From Eledone cirrhosa (Eukaryota), in NCBI GenBank assembly GCA_964016885.1, contig OZ024743.1:314278001-314342000 (forward strand): a stretch of DNA of 64,000 nucleotides, in the 5' to 3' direction. The translations under genes were made by a program, and so were the position numbers. Of this stretch, positions 27,250 through 43,643 are shown piece by piece. The notes below the pieces were generated by a model, which saw only the letters and a program-made list of their open reading frames with translations, had not been told where the DNA came from and made no database searches. Positions within the stretch are counted from its first letter, which is position 1. Each line of letters opens with the position of its first letter.

Positions 27250-27428
27250 GCCAGTATCCGTAGAGGGTCGGACGCCAGGCTTTGACGCATAGGGTTATGG
27301 CCCTTGACTTTCTGCGTTCAAATCCTGCCGAGGTTAACTTTGCTTTTCATCATTACGGGGTCGATAAAATAAAGTAGCATTAATGCACTGGGATATTGCT
27401 GGCCATGTGCCAAAAGTAGAAACAATTT
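27250..27428 (+). mobile_element. tRNA-like SINE
   Basis: GGGTCGGACGCC..GTTCAAATCCTGCCGAGGTTAACTTTGC..CGGGGTCGATAAAAT. Confidence 0.85.
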
Positions 27429-27437
27429 TATTATATA

Positions 27438-28519
<1,082 letters not shown>

Positions 28520-28534
28520 GTGTGTGTGTGTGTA

Positions 28535-28692
28535 AGGCGGCGAAATGGCAGAGTCGTTAGAACGTCGGATAGAATGCTTTATGGCTTCGTTCTGCTTCTC
28601 TGCTCTCTGAGTTCAAATCCCGATGATGTCAACTTTGCCTTTCATCCTTTCGAGATCGATAGAAAAAGTACCAATCTAGTACTGTGGTCGAT
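28535..28692 (+). mobile_element. tRNA-like SINE, second subfamily
   Basis: AGGCGGCGAAATGGCAGAGTCGTTAG (A-box-like), GAGTTCAAATCC (B-box-like), CTTTGCCTTTCATCC core. Confidence 0.8.
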
Positions 28693-28868
28693 TCTTCCTC
28701 TATATCTCTTTCTCATTACCTCCTTCTCACTTTCTCTCTTTCTCTGGAGGAAATCGGCTGAACTCAGGCCTGGAGAGGCATGGGCTCCGCTAGGGTTGGA
28801 GTGACTAAGAGTCGCAAGGTCGCCGTATTGACATACGGCGTCCCTCCGACCCTGTCAGGAGTTACGGG

Positions 28869-28944
<76 letters not shown>

Positions 28945-29117
28945 AATTGAATATAAATGAAAACGAACACAGATATATACATATATGTGTTCAAATCGCA
29001 AGGGACCAGATTCGCTAAGGTGAAAAGAATACTAACTATAGACAATAGGGTTTGCCTGTCTCAATTTAAGAAAAAAATCAAGAAAATAAATACAAACCGG
29101 AATTGTGGTAACTACCA

Positions 29118-29195
29118 ATCACCCAGACAGCTTGCTGCTGTTTCACAATATTAATTGTGAATAGAATTACCAATTCTTGCTCATCAGTGGGTGAT
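29118..29195 (-). ncRNA. Canonical type I hammerhead ribozyme (family G, copy 1)
   Basis: AUCACCCA CUGAUGA GCAA..UUGU GAAACAGC agcaa GCUGUC UGGGUGAU; 8-bp stem I, GUC site. Confidence 0.85.
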
Positions 29196-29628
29196 GAGTT
29201 AGTATCCTAGATACTTCTAAGTATATTAAACAAAACTGAATAGAGTGCTATATATAATAACGCACTTGGTATCTTAGCGTATCTCACAAGCTTACACCAC
29301 TAAAAATAGCAGCCAGGTTTATTCGGCATTTGAGATAGCTCAACAAATTAACGGAGTCGAATATATCAAAGGTATATATTGATTTAAGAACTCAAAATAG
29401 TCTCTTACAATATAATAGCTCTAAGAAAGTGATATTTCCTAGAAGTATATTATAATTGAATATAAAAGAAAAACGAACACAGATATATACATATATGTGT
29501 TCAAATCGCAAGGGACCAGATTCACTAAGGTGAAAAGAATACTAACTATAGACAATAGGGTTTGCCTGTCTCAAGATAATAAAAAAAATCAAGAACATAA
29601 ATACAAACCGGAATTGTGGTAACTACCA

Positions 29629-29706
29629 ATCACCCAGACAGCTTGCTGCTGTTTCGCAATATTAATTGTGTAAAGAATTACCAATTCTTGCTCATCAGTG
29701 GGTGAT
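29629..29706 (-). ncRNA. Canonical type I hammerhead ribozyme (family G, copy 2)
   Basis: Same fold, stem II closed by GCAA/UUGC. Confidence 0.85.
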
Positions 29707-30293
29707 GAAGTAGTATCCTAGACACTTCTAAGTATATTAAACACAACTGAATAGTGTGCTATATATAATAACGCATATGGTATCTTAGCGTGTCTCACAA
29801 ACTTACAGCACTAAAAATAGCAGCCAGGTTTATTCGACATTTGAAATAGCTCAACAAATTAACGGAGTCGAATATATCAAAGGTATATATTCAGTTAGGA
29901 ACTCAAAATAGTTTCTTACAATAAAATAGCTCTAAGAAAGTGATATTTCCGAGCCGTATATTATAATTGAATATAAAAGAAAAACAAACACAGATATATA
30001 CATATATGTGTTCAAATCGTTACCACAATATATGTGTTCAAATAGTTACCACAATTCGCGTTTGTATTTATTTTCTTGATTTTTTCTTAAATTGAGACAG
30101 GCAAACCCTATTGTCTATAGTTAGTATTTTTTTCACCTTAGCGAATCTGGTCTCTTGCGATTTGAACACTTATATGTATATATCTGTGTTCGTTTTCACT
30201 TATATTCAATTATAATATACAGCTCGGAAATATCTCTTTCTTAGAGGTATTTTATTGTAAGAGATTATTTTGAGTTCCTAACTCAACATATAC

Positions 30294-30352
<59 letters not shown>

Positions 30353-31814
30353 ATAATAATAAATTTTCAGACTAAAATCCAAAGAGGGCTTGATAAGGAT
30401 AAATGTATATCAAATATATAAGAGTTCTTACTCTACGATTCCTAACCTTGCACATAACATCACAGCTTCAAATTTAGCTAAACTACCTAGCCGTAGGAAC
30501 ACGTGCAACCCTGTAGTTAGTTCTAACTGTAATTGTAGGAATCGGGTTGATTGCCCCTATCCGGGAAATGCCTCTCTAGTAACATTGTCTACAAATGTAA
30601 GATTGAAAGACCCACGTCCCGTAGGGCCTACATAGGGTTAACTGCCAATAGATTCAAGCAGCGTCTTTACATGGATACCCATTCTTTTCGTTACCCTCTA
30701 AGAAGGAATATGACGTCACTTTCAGCTTATATCGGGAGCCTAAAAGACAACCACACCCAAAATAAGTTACACTGGGAGATCCTAGCTAGGGCTAGATCGT
30801 ATAACGTAAATAAAAGACCATGTGACCTCTTTGCCGCTGAGGCCTTAGAAATTCTCTAGGCCACAGACCACATCATAAACAAAAAATCTGAGGCAATTTC
30901 GGCTTGTAAACATGAATTGCACAAAACTTTCCTGTATTACAGACCCACGTTATACCCTAACGGATAGTACGATCTATGCGTGGATATTTTACGTCTTGAT
31001 GTGGTAGCTAAGTATATGTTTTCTTTATACCATTACTTATTTGCGTAGGTAAGTATTTATTACCTGTATGTTTTGTGAAAGTACGTATACTTTCTCGTAC
31101 GTAGATTTGTTTGTATATGTTATGGCGTATAATTTTTTATATATTCTGGTACATATGGTTTGGTTATGTGTATACGGGAGTTTTGCGTCTGTGTGAGTAT
31201 GCAGGTTCGTACGTATGTAGGGTGTGTGTATATGTGTACATCATGTTTTGGTTGACTTACGTCTCAGAACATTTGTGTATTTACATATAGGCATGTGTGT
31301 GCGCTTGTTATATACGTATTTATTTATATACGTTTATTTAATTATTTATTTATTTGTATACACGCACACACACACATATATTTATATGTGCGTGGTTTTG
31401 TATACCTATGGCAATTGTTTTCGAGTATGCTTGTGTATTTAAGTATTTGCATGCGTGTATGTATTTATTTAATTTCTATTACCTCTGTATTGTATTTTAT
31501 TTAATTTATTCTTAACTCTGAAGCGGAGATTCATTCGGTTTACCTAGTTAGAATTTAAGTCTACGACTTCAGCTATACAATTTACGTGGTTTTGTCTTTG
31601 CGTGCAATTGTCCTCCACGCTCCACATATGACGTATTATCTTCGTTTGTTCCGTTCATTTCCAGAGAACGTCTCTATGAACCACCTAAGAGAACAATAGT
31701 CTACGACTTCTTTTATACCATAAACGTGGTTCTGTCTTTGCGCGTAATTGTTTTTCACCGCTCCTATTAATGACGTATTATATTCGTATTATATATATGT
31801 GTGACGTATATATA

Positions 31815-32006
31815 GGGCGGTGGATCGGCACTATTGATAGTGGGTCGGACGCCATGCTTTGACGTATAGAGTTACGGCCCTTGCCATTCTGAGTTCAAAT
31901 CCCGCCGAGGTTAACTTTGCCTTTCATCCTTACGGGGTCGATAAAATAAAGTACCAGTAATGCACTGGGTAATTGCTGGTCTTGTGCCTAACATAGAAAC
32001 AATTAT
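31815..32006 (+). mobile_element. Full-length tRNA-like SINE inserted in family D
   Basis: GGGCGGTGGATCGGC head, GAGTTCAAATCC box, core and AGAAACAATTAT tail; TTATATTCGT on both sides. Confidence 0.88.
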
Positions 32007-32128
32007 ATTCGTTTTCCCCGTTCTTTGCCAGGGAACGTTTCCACGAACCAAAGTATCGTCTTCCTGTCTTCCTCCGCTTGCAACGTTTTTTGAAATATCC
32101 ACTTCTGCGTTTACAGATTGACTTTGTT

Positions 32129-32179
32129 AGTTTCAGAAGATCCCGTTAAGGGTGAAAGCAGCGATTCTTTGCTTAAACT
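32129..32179 (+). ncRNA. Hammerhead-like motif with CAGAAGA core (family D)
   Basis: AGTTT CAGAAGA T CCC GTTAA GGG T GAAAGCA gcgattctt TGCTT AAACT; same core near 11300, 11920, 40045, 43275. Confidence 0.55.
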
Positions 32180-32230
32180 TTAATCTGTTATTTTAATAAA
32201 TATATATTTATATATATATATATATAAATA

Positions 32231-32308
<78 letters not shown>

Positions 32309-32314
<6 letters not shown>

Positions 32315-33863
32315 TTGTAGCTCTGAAATAGCAATATATATATGGATGTAAATATAATGTATTTTGCAATACACTTTATGCTTAATTAAAAGCATTTTGA
32401 AGACCGTAAGCTATTGTTTTAAAGTAGTGACAAATTCACTCAATTCGATCTCAGCAAACAGGAGGAGATAAGCCGACATGACATGTTTCGCTTTTGTTGA
32501 AGCTTATCAAGGCCAACTACCCCGCCCGTCTGCTGAGATCAATGATGTTATATTCTTATAGAAATCTAGTAAATAATCAGGAGCTGATTATGCAGAGCGG
32601 TTGTTGGTCAGGCAGAAATTAAAAATTAGAATTGTAGCTCTGAAATAGCAATATATATATGGATGTAAATATAATGTATTTTGCAATACACTTTATGCTT
32701 AATTAAAAGCATTTTGAAGACCGTAAGCTATTGTTTTAAAGTAGTGACAAATTCACTCACTTCGATCTCAGCAAACAGGAGGAGATAAGCCGACATGACA
32801 TGTTTCGCTTTTGTTGAAGCTTATCAAGGCCAACTACCCCGGCCGTCTGCTGAGATCAATGATGTTATATTCTTATAGAAATCTAGTAAATAATCAGGAG
32901 CTGATTATGCAGAGCGGTTGTTGGTCAGGCAGAAATTAAAAATTAGAATTGTAGCTCTGAAATAGCAATATATATATGGATGTAAATATAATGTATTTTG
33001 CAATACACTTTATGCTTAATTAAAAGCATTTTGAAGACCGTAAGCTATTGTTTTAAAGTAGTGACAAATTCACTCACTTCGATCTCAGCAAACAGGAGGA
33101 GATAAGCCGACATGACATGTTTCGCTTTTGTTGAAGCTTATCAAGGCCAACTACCTTAAAACAATAGCTTACGGTCTTCAAAATGCTTTTAATTAAGCAT
33201 AAAGTGTATTGCAAAATACGTTATATTTACATCCATATATATATTGCTATTTCAGAGCTACAATTCTAATTTTTAATTTCTGCCTGACCAACAACCGCTC
33301 TGCATAATCAGCTCCTGATTATTTACTAGATTTCTATAAGAATATAACATCATTGATCTCAGCAGACGGGCGGGGTAGTTGGCCTTGATAAGCTTCAACA
33401 AAAGCGAAACATGTCATGTCGGCTTATCTCCTGTTTGCTGAGATCGAAGTGAGTGAATTTGTCACTACTTTAAAACAATAGCTTACGGTCTTCAAAATGC
33501 TTTTAATTAAGCATAACGTGTATTGCAAAATACATTATATTTACATCCATATATATATTGCTATTTCAGAGCTACAATTCTAATTTTTAATTTCTGCCTG
33601 ACCAACAACCGCTCTGCATAATCAGCTCCTGATTATTTACTAGATTTCTATAAGAATATAACATCATTGATCTCAGCAGACGGCCGGGGTAGTTGGCCTT
33701 GATAAGCTTCAACAAAAGCGAAACATGTCATGTCGGCTTATCTCCTCCTGTTTGCTGAGATCGAAGTGAGTGAATATGTCACTACTTTAAAACAATAGCT
33801 TACGGTCTTCAAAATGCTTTTAATTAAGCATAAAGTGTATTGCAAAATACATTATATTTACAT

Positions 33864-33866
<3 letters not shown>
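32309..33866. repeat. Family H: 317-bp tandem units (~2.7 copies) followed by an inverted block (~2.3 copies)
   Basis: TTAGAATTGTAGCTCTG at ~32309, ~32626, ~32943; inversion at ~33155; near-identical units; (TA)n flanks. Confidence 0.92.
33381..33424 (+). ncRNA. Hammerhead with U3-A8 core (also 33695-33738 +; 32471-32514, 32788-32831, 33105-33148 -)
   Basis: GGCC TTGATAA GCTT caacaa AAGC GAAACATG T CATGTC GGCT. Confidence 0.72.
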
Positions 33867-33931
<65 letters not shown>

Positions 33932-33974
33932 CTATCTGTCTATCTATCTATCTATATATATATATATATATATA

Positions 33975-34830
33975 TGAGAGACGTAAAATAAGAAAATTAT
34001 AAAATTAACTTACTTACTAAAATATCACTTCCAACTAATTAGTTTCTGGAATGGAATTAATATATTTTCTGAAGAAAACATTGAGAATCATTCCGTCGTC
34101 AGGGAAGACTATTCTCATCTAAGTATCCAGGCAAAGCGGGGACTCTGGAAACTTATTAAAAAATAATTCAGTGGATAGAAAATAGCAAAGCGTGGACTGA
34201 ATTCCTAGCCATTGAGAAAATCACTGCCTCTGCGTCGGTGGCAAATTCAAAAAGATTCAATCACGTGACATCGAGGTCAATCAGTGGAAAGTGGTTTGCT
34301 AATAAGACAGCGGCCTGCCTGCTACCATAGCAGCAGTCATGGCCAATATTGCTCGACAAATAATTTGGAGATAATTATAAAGAATTAATATCTAGTAACA
34401 TATATATACATACAGATGCATATCAATGCTAGCAAATATATAGGTTTTGTCTTAGTAACCTTTCTCAATGGCTAGGAATTCAGTCCACGCTTTGCTATTT
34501 TCTATCCACTGAATTATTTTTTAATAAGTTTCCAGAGTCCACGCTTTGCCTGGATACTTAGATGAGAATAGTCTTCCCTGACGACGGAATGATTCTCAAT
34601 GTTTTCTTCAGAAAATATATTAATTCCATTCCAGAAACTAATTAGTTGGAAGTGATATTTTAGTAAGTAAGTTAATTTTATAATTTTCTTATTTTACGTC
34701 TCTCATATTATTGTTCTGCAACCCCATGCATTGAACCACAAAGTTACTAAGACAAAACCTATATATTTGCTAGCATTGATATGCATCTGTATGTATATAT
34801 ATATATATGTTACTAGATATTAATTCTTTA
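33975..34830. mobile_element. Family I pseudo-LTR fold-back (~240-bp arms)
   Basis: 33975-34215 is the reverse complement of ~34462-34706; second pair ~34378-34458 / ~34743-34830. Confidence 0.8.
34573..34652 (+). ncRNA. Canonical type I hammerhead (mirror copy 34028-34107, minus)
   Basis: CTTCC CTGACGA C GGAATG..CATTCC A GAAACTAATTAGTT GGAAG; perfect stems I and II, palindromic ACTAATTAGT. Confidence 0.8.
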
Positions 34831-34904
34831 TATATATATATACATCTATATGTATATATATATATATATATATATACATCTATATGTATATATATATATA
34901 TATA

Positions 34905-35860
34905 AATGAAAAGTTAGAAATTGAAGCCAGGACTATCTGTCATCAGTGGTCTACTAGCCATCATGGGTATTTTTTCGCATTACAGACCATATACCTCAGG
35001 CTAGGGCGATGTAATAACTAAAATAAGTTATTCGAATAAAAAGAGTTGGGTGGAGAAAGAGAGACAGGTAAACAAATACGAATCGTGAGGTAACGTAAAG
35101 AGAAGAAAAAATGAGAAAATCAAGTCAATAATTCATTTTGAACATAAGAACGTGCGAATATTGACGAGAAGACGAAAGACACATCTTGGCCGTGCGAATA
35201 TGAGCGAGGAAAGAATTTCCTAGGAGTGTGAGACGATGGAGGAAGTGATAGAGAGGGTGAGTAGCAGAGAGTGAGTGAGTGAAAATGTGAGGAAGAGGTT
35301 AGACGAGAGAGTGTGACTAGCAGAGGGGGTGAGTGAAAGTAAAGGGGAGAAGGAGAGAGAAAGAGGATAGCAGTAAGGGAAGAGGAAAAGACAGGTCACA
35401 GCGAAGGGGAAAGCATATATGAATGAAAAATGGCTAGCTGTGTTGTTACAAATAGGATATCTATGAAAATGAAGAATTAGAAATAGAAGCCAGGACTATC
35501 CGTCATCAGTGGTCTACTAGCCATCATAGGTATTTCTTCGCATTACAGACCATACACCCCAGGCTAGGATGATGCAATAACTAAAATAAGTTATTGGGAT
35601 AAAAAAGAGTTGGGTGGAGAAAGAGAGACACGTAAACAAACACGAATGGTGAGGCAACGTAAAGAGAGGAAAAAAATGAGAAAATCAAGTCAATAATTCA
35701 TTTTGAACATAAGAACTTGCAAATATTGACGAGAAGGCAAAGACACCACTTGGCCGTGCGGATGTGAGCAAGGAAAGAATCTCGTACGGTGTGGGACGAT
35801 GGAGGAAGTGATAGAGAGGGTGAGTAGCAGAGAGTGAGTGAGTGAAAGTGTGAGGAAGAT
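34905..35860 (-). mobile_element. Family J partial tandem (~563-bp period), related to family K
   Basis: GAAGCCAGGACTATC.GTCATCAGTGGTCTACTAGCCATCAT at ~34923 and ~35486. Confidence 0.75.
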
Positions 35861-36227
35861 GCTCATCAATATAAATTTAAAAGGAAATCATTTACCTAGA
35901 CACATGAAATTTCATGAAAATATATATTTTACATATATTGGCTGAAGGGAATGGTTACGTGGTGAGCAATTTCCAACATACATATCTCCGCCTCGTTCAT
36001 TTGAAATATTCCCAAAACATACCAACATGCTGAAATAATTCTCCTAATCTGCCAAATATTTTTAACTTAGCTGCCAGCATTTTTTCCACAAAATGTCAAA
36101 TTTAGTTTGATGGCCTGTCATTCCTTACGATTTTCTAACTCTTCAGTTATGATCTCTAGGTTATATTATACAATCAATCTGGGCTATATTATTATCTGTT
36201 GATTACTGCAGTTAGTAATAATGTATT

Positions 36228-36385
36228 GCGGTGGAGAATTGGCAGAGTCTTTAGTAATTTAGATAAAGTGCTTGGCATACTCTCTCCGGTTTTCAATGCA
36301 AAGCGTTGAAATACCCCGTGGTCAAAGATTTTTTCATTAATTCGGTGTCGATAATGTACCAGTCTACTACTCGGGTCGATCTTTC
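36228..36385 (+). mobile_element. Degenerate SINE
   Basis: GCGGTGGAGAATTGGCAGAGTC head, GTCGATAATGTACCAG core. Confidence 0.5.
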
Positions 36386-36759
36386 ATGTGCATCAGTTTT
36401 ACTCTTATTCTCTCTATATATCTCGACATGCCTCTCTCTCTCACTCTCTCTCTCTCACCCTCTCTCTCATCCCTCTCTCGCTCCCTGTCTCTCTCTCTCT
36501 CCTTTTCTCGAAAGCTATTGCTCTGTCCGATATTAACATGGATGGATGTTATGAGGTTAATATACCAAAGACAGCTTATGTCATGAGAACATCCTACCAC
36601 TCATTCAGGAGATTAATGACCTGCGAAACAATGTACTTGTGTTTGCTTTCCTTTTATATATCATTAATATAAATATTAATATCACAAATATGAGCTTACC
36701 ACCGTATGAATTGTAAACTATGTATAAACAAATACACACTCACATATGGACACACAATG

Positions 36760-37260
36760 ATGATTTCTTCATCTTTGCAGATGATTGCCGTCTCTCCATG
36801 CTCTTCCATCAACCGCCACCATCTTCAAACGTCTGTTCATTGCCTCTTAGGTGACTTTTAAGTCCATCTTTAGATTTGTACGGTCTGCAGAAAATGTGAC
36901 AGACAAAAGATGTGCCCTCTATTGGGTCAAGTTGTGGGATGTCATCCTTATTTACCCTCATATGACTTTTAAGTCCAGAAATTGATTTGCAAATTAGTTG
37001 CACACCACACATATTGTCTCACTTAATATTGGAGTGATAGAGCTGCATACACTTGTTTGTTTATGTGATTTTAAATGAGGGATGTACCTAGATTTAGAGA
37101 GCAGTAGAAAACCACACACCTCACAACTCAAGCTCCATATGTCCTTTTTGAGGTTCATACTGTGGCTTTTCAAAGCTGACGTATAGGTCCTTCATGGTCA
37201 AGACGTCTCTTCAAACATTCTATAGCCTTCCTTCACATGTCCTCTCCATTCCACTCTCCT
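36760..37260 (-). mobile_element. RTE-like LINE 3' end with C2H2-like zinc-finger remnants
   Basis: CKSISGLKSHMR and FVCHIFCRPYKSKDGLKSHLR; upstream EWRETCEG..FEE; short 3' tail. Confidence 0.6.
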
Positions 37261-37775
37261 TATGTATATATATATATATAAACAGAAGTAAAAGGAATCG
37301 TAAGGGAGATATGTACACATGTACTCATGTACACATATGTACACATGTTCTCATATACACATAAATAATGGGTAAACTGCGTTTGAAAAGAGTCTGGAAT
37401 TCTGTTGAAGGCAGGAAGCCTCTTAAATCAGAACTCACATCCTTTCAAAAATACGCTACCATGAGTTATCTAACTTATATTGTATGATACTATTATGCAT
37501 TATGCTATACTTCAATACATCCAATTCTAGCAATTCATTCCATCAATTGTATGGGTTAGAATGATGGATGAAAATAAAATGGTGTTGGGCAGGAACAAAT
37601 GATAACAAATGGACACAGCATATTGAATTATTTAAGTCGTAATATAATCGGATGAAGTCATAATATAATCGGCTTGTATGCCCACAGCCCCGGCGGACAG
37701 AATAGAGATGGCGTTTCCCCGGTGGACGGCAAGGGAGACGCGCTGGAAGAGCCATATATATATATATATATATAT

Positions 37776-37825
<50 letters not shown>

Positions 37826-37829
37826 TATA

Positions 37830-38233
37830 TAATAACAGAACACACTCACTGTTTGGTTGGTTTTCGCTTTTCGCTCTGTGTCTTTTATATCGGTAATCTA
37901 ATTTATTCGGTCCTCAATGTTGCCATTGACTGACCGACGGTCAAAAATAATACAGATACAATATAGACACAAACACATATATATAGTTTATCAAAGTTCT
38001 TTCGTTGCACATCTGCAACGTCGTCAGTGGTGCTATTGTTTCCTCCCGTTACATTGTATGTCTACGCCATTTTTATTTAGTCTGTCTCTATATTTATTTA
38101 TTTGTTTGTTTATTTTATTTTGTCTTCTTTGCGCATGCGTTTGCGTGTGTGTATAGTGTTTTGTTTGATGTGTGTTTGTGATTGGGTGACTAGTGTGTGC
38201 TTATATGTGTTTGTTGTTATTGTGCTTGTGTAT

Positions 38234-38284
<51 letters not shown>

Positions 38285-39240
38285 TATATTTATATTTCTC
38301 TTAAGTCAGTGTTGTTTGTTTGGGTGTTGTTATTATTCCATTCATTCTTCCTGTTTAGTCTTGGCCTTCTAAGTTCTATTTCACTGGCCTCTCTGATTTG
38401 CCTATCTGCTGGGTCATTTCTATGTTTAGATATTATTCTAATTTCTATGTTGTCTATGTTACCGTCGTGTTGTTGTCTGGCATGTTCGTATATTACTGAC
38501 CCGTTCTTTCGTCCTTTTAGTTCCCCCATTTTTTGGTCTATCCTTTCACCTATGCTACGAGCTGTCTCGCCTATGTATGTTGTTGTCATGTTTCTACAAG
38601 TACCCTCTGTACATCTTATGCTATAGACTACGTTTCTAGTTTTACAGTTTATCCGGGGTTTACCATACATATGATACATTTCCTATTAGTACAGAAAGAA
38701 TGAATGGAATAACAACAACACCCAAACAAACAACACTGACCTAAGAGAAGTATAAATAAATAAATTAATAGATAAATAAATAAATACATACACAAGCACA
38801 ATAACAACAAACACATATAAACACACACTAGGCACCCAATCACGAAAACACATCAAACAAAACACTATACACACGCGCAAACGCATGCGCAAAGAAGACA
38901 TAATAAAATAAACAAACAAACAAATAACTAAATATATAGACAGACTAAATAAAAATGGCGTAGACATACAATGTAACGGGAGGAAACAATAGCACCACTG
39001 ACGATGTTGCAGATGTGCAACGAAAGAACTTTGATAAACTATATATATGTGTTTGTGTCTATATTGTATCTGTATTATTTTTGACCGTTGATCAGTAAAT
39101 GGCAACATTGAAGACCGAATAAATTAGATTACCGATATAAAAGACACAGTAGCGAAAAGCGAAAACCAACCAAACAGTGAGTTTGTTCTGTTATTAATTC
39201 TGGCAATATTACACAAATATGACCCTCCCCAAGTATAACA

Positions 39241-39245
<5 letters not shown>
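37830..39245. mobile_element. PLE fragment: GIY-YIG end with ~520-bp inverted arms
   Basis: 37830-38350 mirrors 38692-39197; extra tail 39198-39245; (TA)n flanks. Confidence 0.88.
38290..38679 (-). pseudogene. PLE GIY-YIG endonuclease domain (5'-truncated)
   Basis: NCKTRNVVYSIRC..C..TYIGETARSIGERI..SVIYEH..RQIREASEIELRRPRLNRKNE. Confidence 0.88.
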
Positions 39246-39275
<30 letters not shown>

Positions 39276-39294
39276 TAATTATAATAATAATAAT

Positions 39295-39485
39295 AATTGT
39301 TTTTACTTCTGGCACAAGGTAAGCAATTATCCAGTGTATTACTGGTGCTTCATTTGATCGACCCCGCAGGGATGAAAAGCAAAGTTAACCTCGGTGGGAT
39401 TTGAACTCAGACCGTAAAGAGCCTTGCCTCTATGCTGCAAAGCATAACGTCAAACACTCTACGCATACTGCCAATCCACCTTGAG
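39295..39485 (-). mobile_element. tRNA-like SINE
   Basis: GGATGAAAAGCAAAGTTAACCTCGGTGGGATTTGAACTCAG. Confidence 0.85.
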
Positions 39486-39714
39486 AAACGAAGTCATTAG
39501 ATATGATCGATGTACCTTCGATCGTTTTCACACTCAATGGTTTATTTAAGCCACTATCATTACGATACGAACCTAAATGTGAGAAAAACGACGATTTCGT
39601 TTGGGTAGAGAATTAGATTCTCTAGCCCCGGACAAATTTGTGGTACTCCATATGCTGGCAATAGTCCATATGAAAGTGGCGTGCACGCAAACACGCACAC
39701 GTATATATATATAT

Positions 39715-43002
<3,288 letters not shown>

Positions 43003-43214
43003 GTGAGGTTTTTTTTTTACAAATTGAAAAATAACCGAGGTCTCCTACACGAGTGAAATTATAAAGAAAAAGAGATGAAATCGAAAATGCAACTGCAGTC
43101 TTATTTAAAAAAAATATATATATATTTATTTGGTTCCTTTACCGGTTTCGCATTTCTTCTGCTTTTCAAAAGTAGAGTTGAGATGGAGGGTCTGTGGTTT
43201 TTCTCACATATATA

Positions 43215-43591
43215 TATTAAAATAACAGATTGAAGTTTAAGCAAAGAATCGCTGCTTTCACCCTTAATGGGATCTTCTGAAACTAACAAAGTCAATCTGT
43301 AAACGCAGAAGTGGATATTTCGAAAAACATTGCAACCGAAGGAAGATAGGAAGACGATACTTTGGTTCGTGGAAACGTTCCCTGGCAAAGAACGGGAAAA
43401 ACGATTATAATACGTCATTAATAGGAGAGGTGAAAAACCACCTAAGAGAACATTAGTCTACGACCACTTTTATACCATAAACGTGGTTCTGTCTTTGCGC
43501 GTAATTGTTTTTTAATAAATATTTGCTCTACAGTTCTTATATATTTGATATATATTTATCCTTATCGAGCCCTCTTTGGATTTATTATTAT

Positions 43592-43600
<9 letters not shown>
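43215..43600. mobile_element. Family D pseudo-LTR fold-back remnant
   Basis: 43215-43437 minus copy, then plus-strand pieces and the tail seen at 11990-12078. Confidence 0.8.

Positions 43601-43635
<35 letters not shown>

Positions 43636-43643
<8 letters not shown>

Larger units (their letters stand above)
28938..30300 (-). mobile_element. Family G: ~511-bp tandem unit x2 plus partial and inverted arm, non-coding, hammerhead-bearing
   Basis: Unit starts ~28941, ~29451, ~29961; inverted arm ~30042-30300; (TA)n flanks. Confidence 0.85.
30420..32200 (+). mobile_element. Family D PLE, 5'-truncated (GIY-YIG remnant + 3' UTR)
   Basis: CNCRNRVDCP/LSGKCLSSNIVYKC..AYIGLTANRFKQR..WEIL..CDL..E (30520-30960); SINE inserted at 31815. 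Confidence 0.88.

Noticed and set aside
32309-33866. CRISPR-like array
   Set aside because: Whole 317-bp units repeat with no unique spacers; eukaryotic context, no cas genes.
36809-37012. Host C2H2 zinc-finger exon
   Set aside because: Degenerate fingers with frameshifts in a context resembling an RTE LINE C-terminus.
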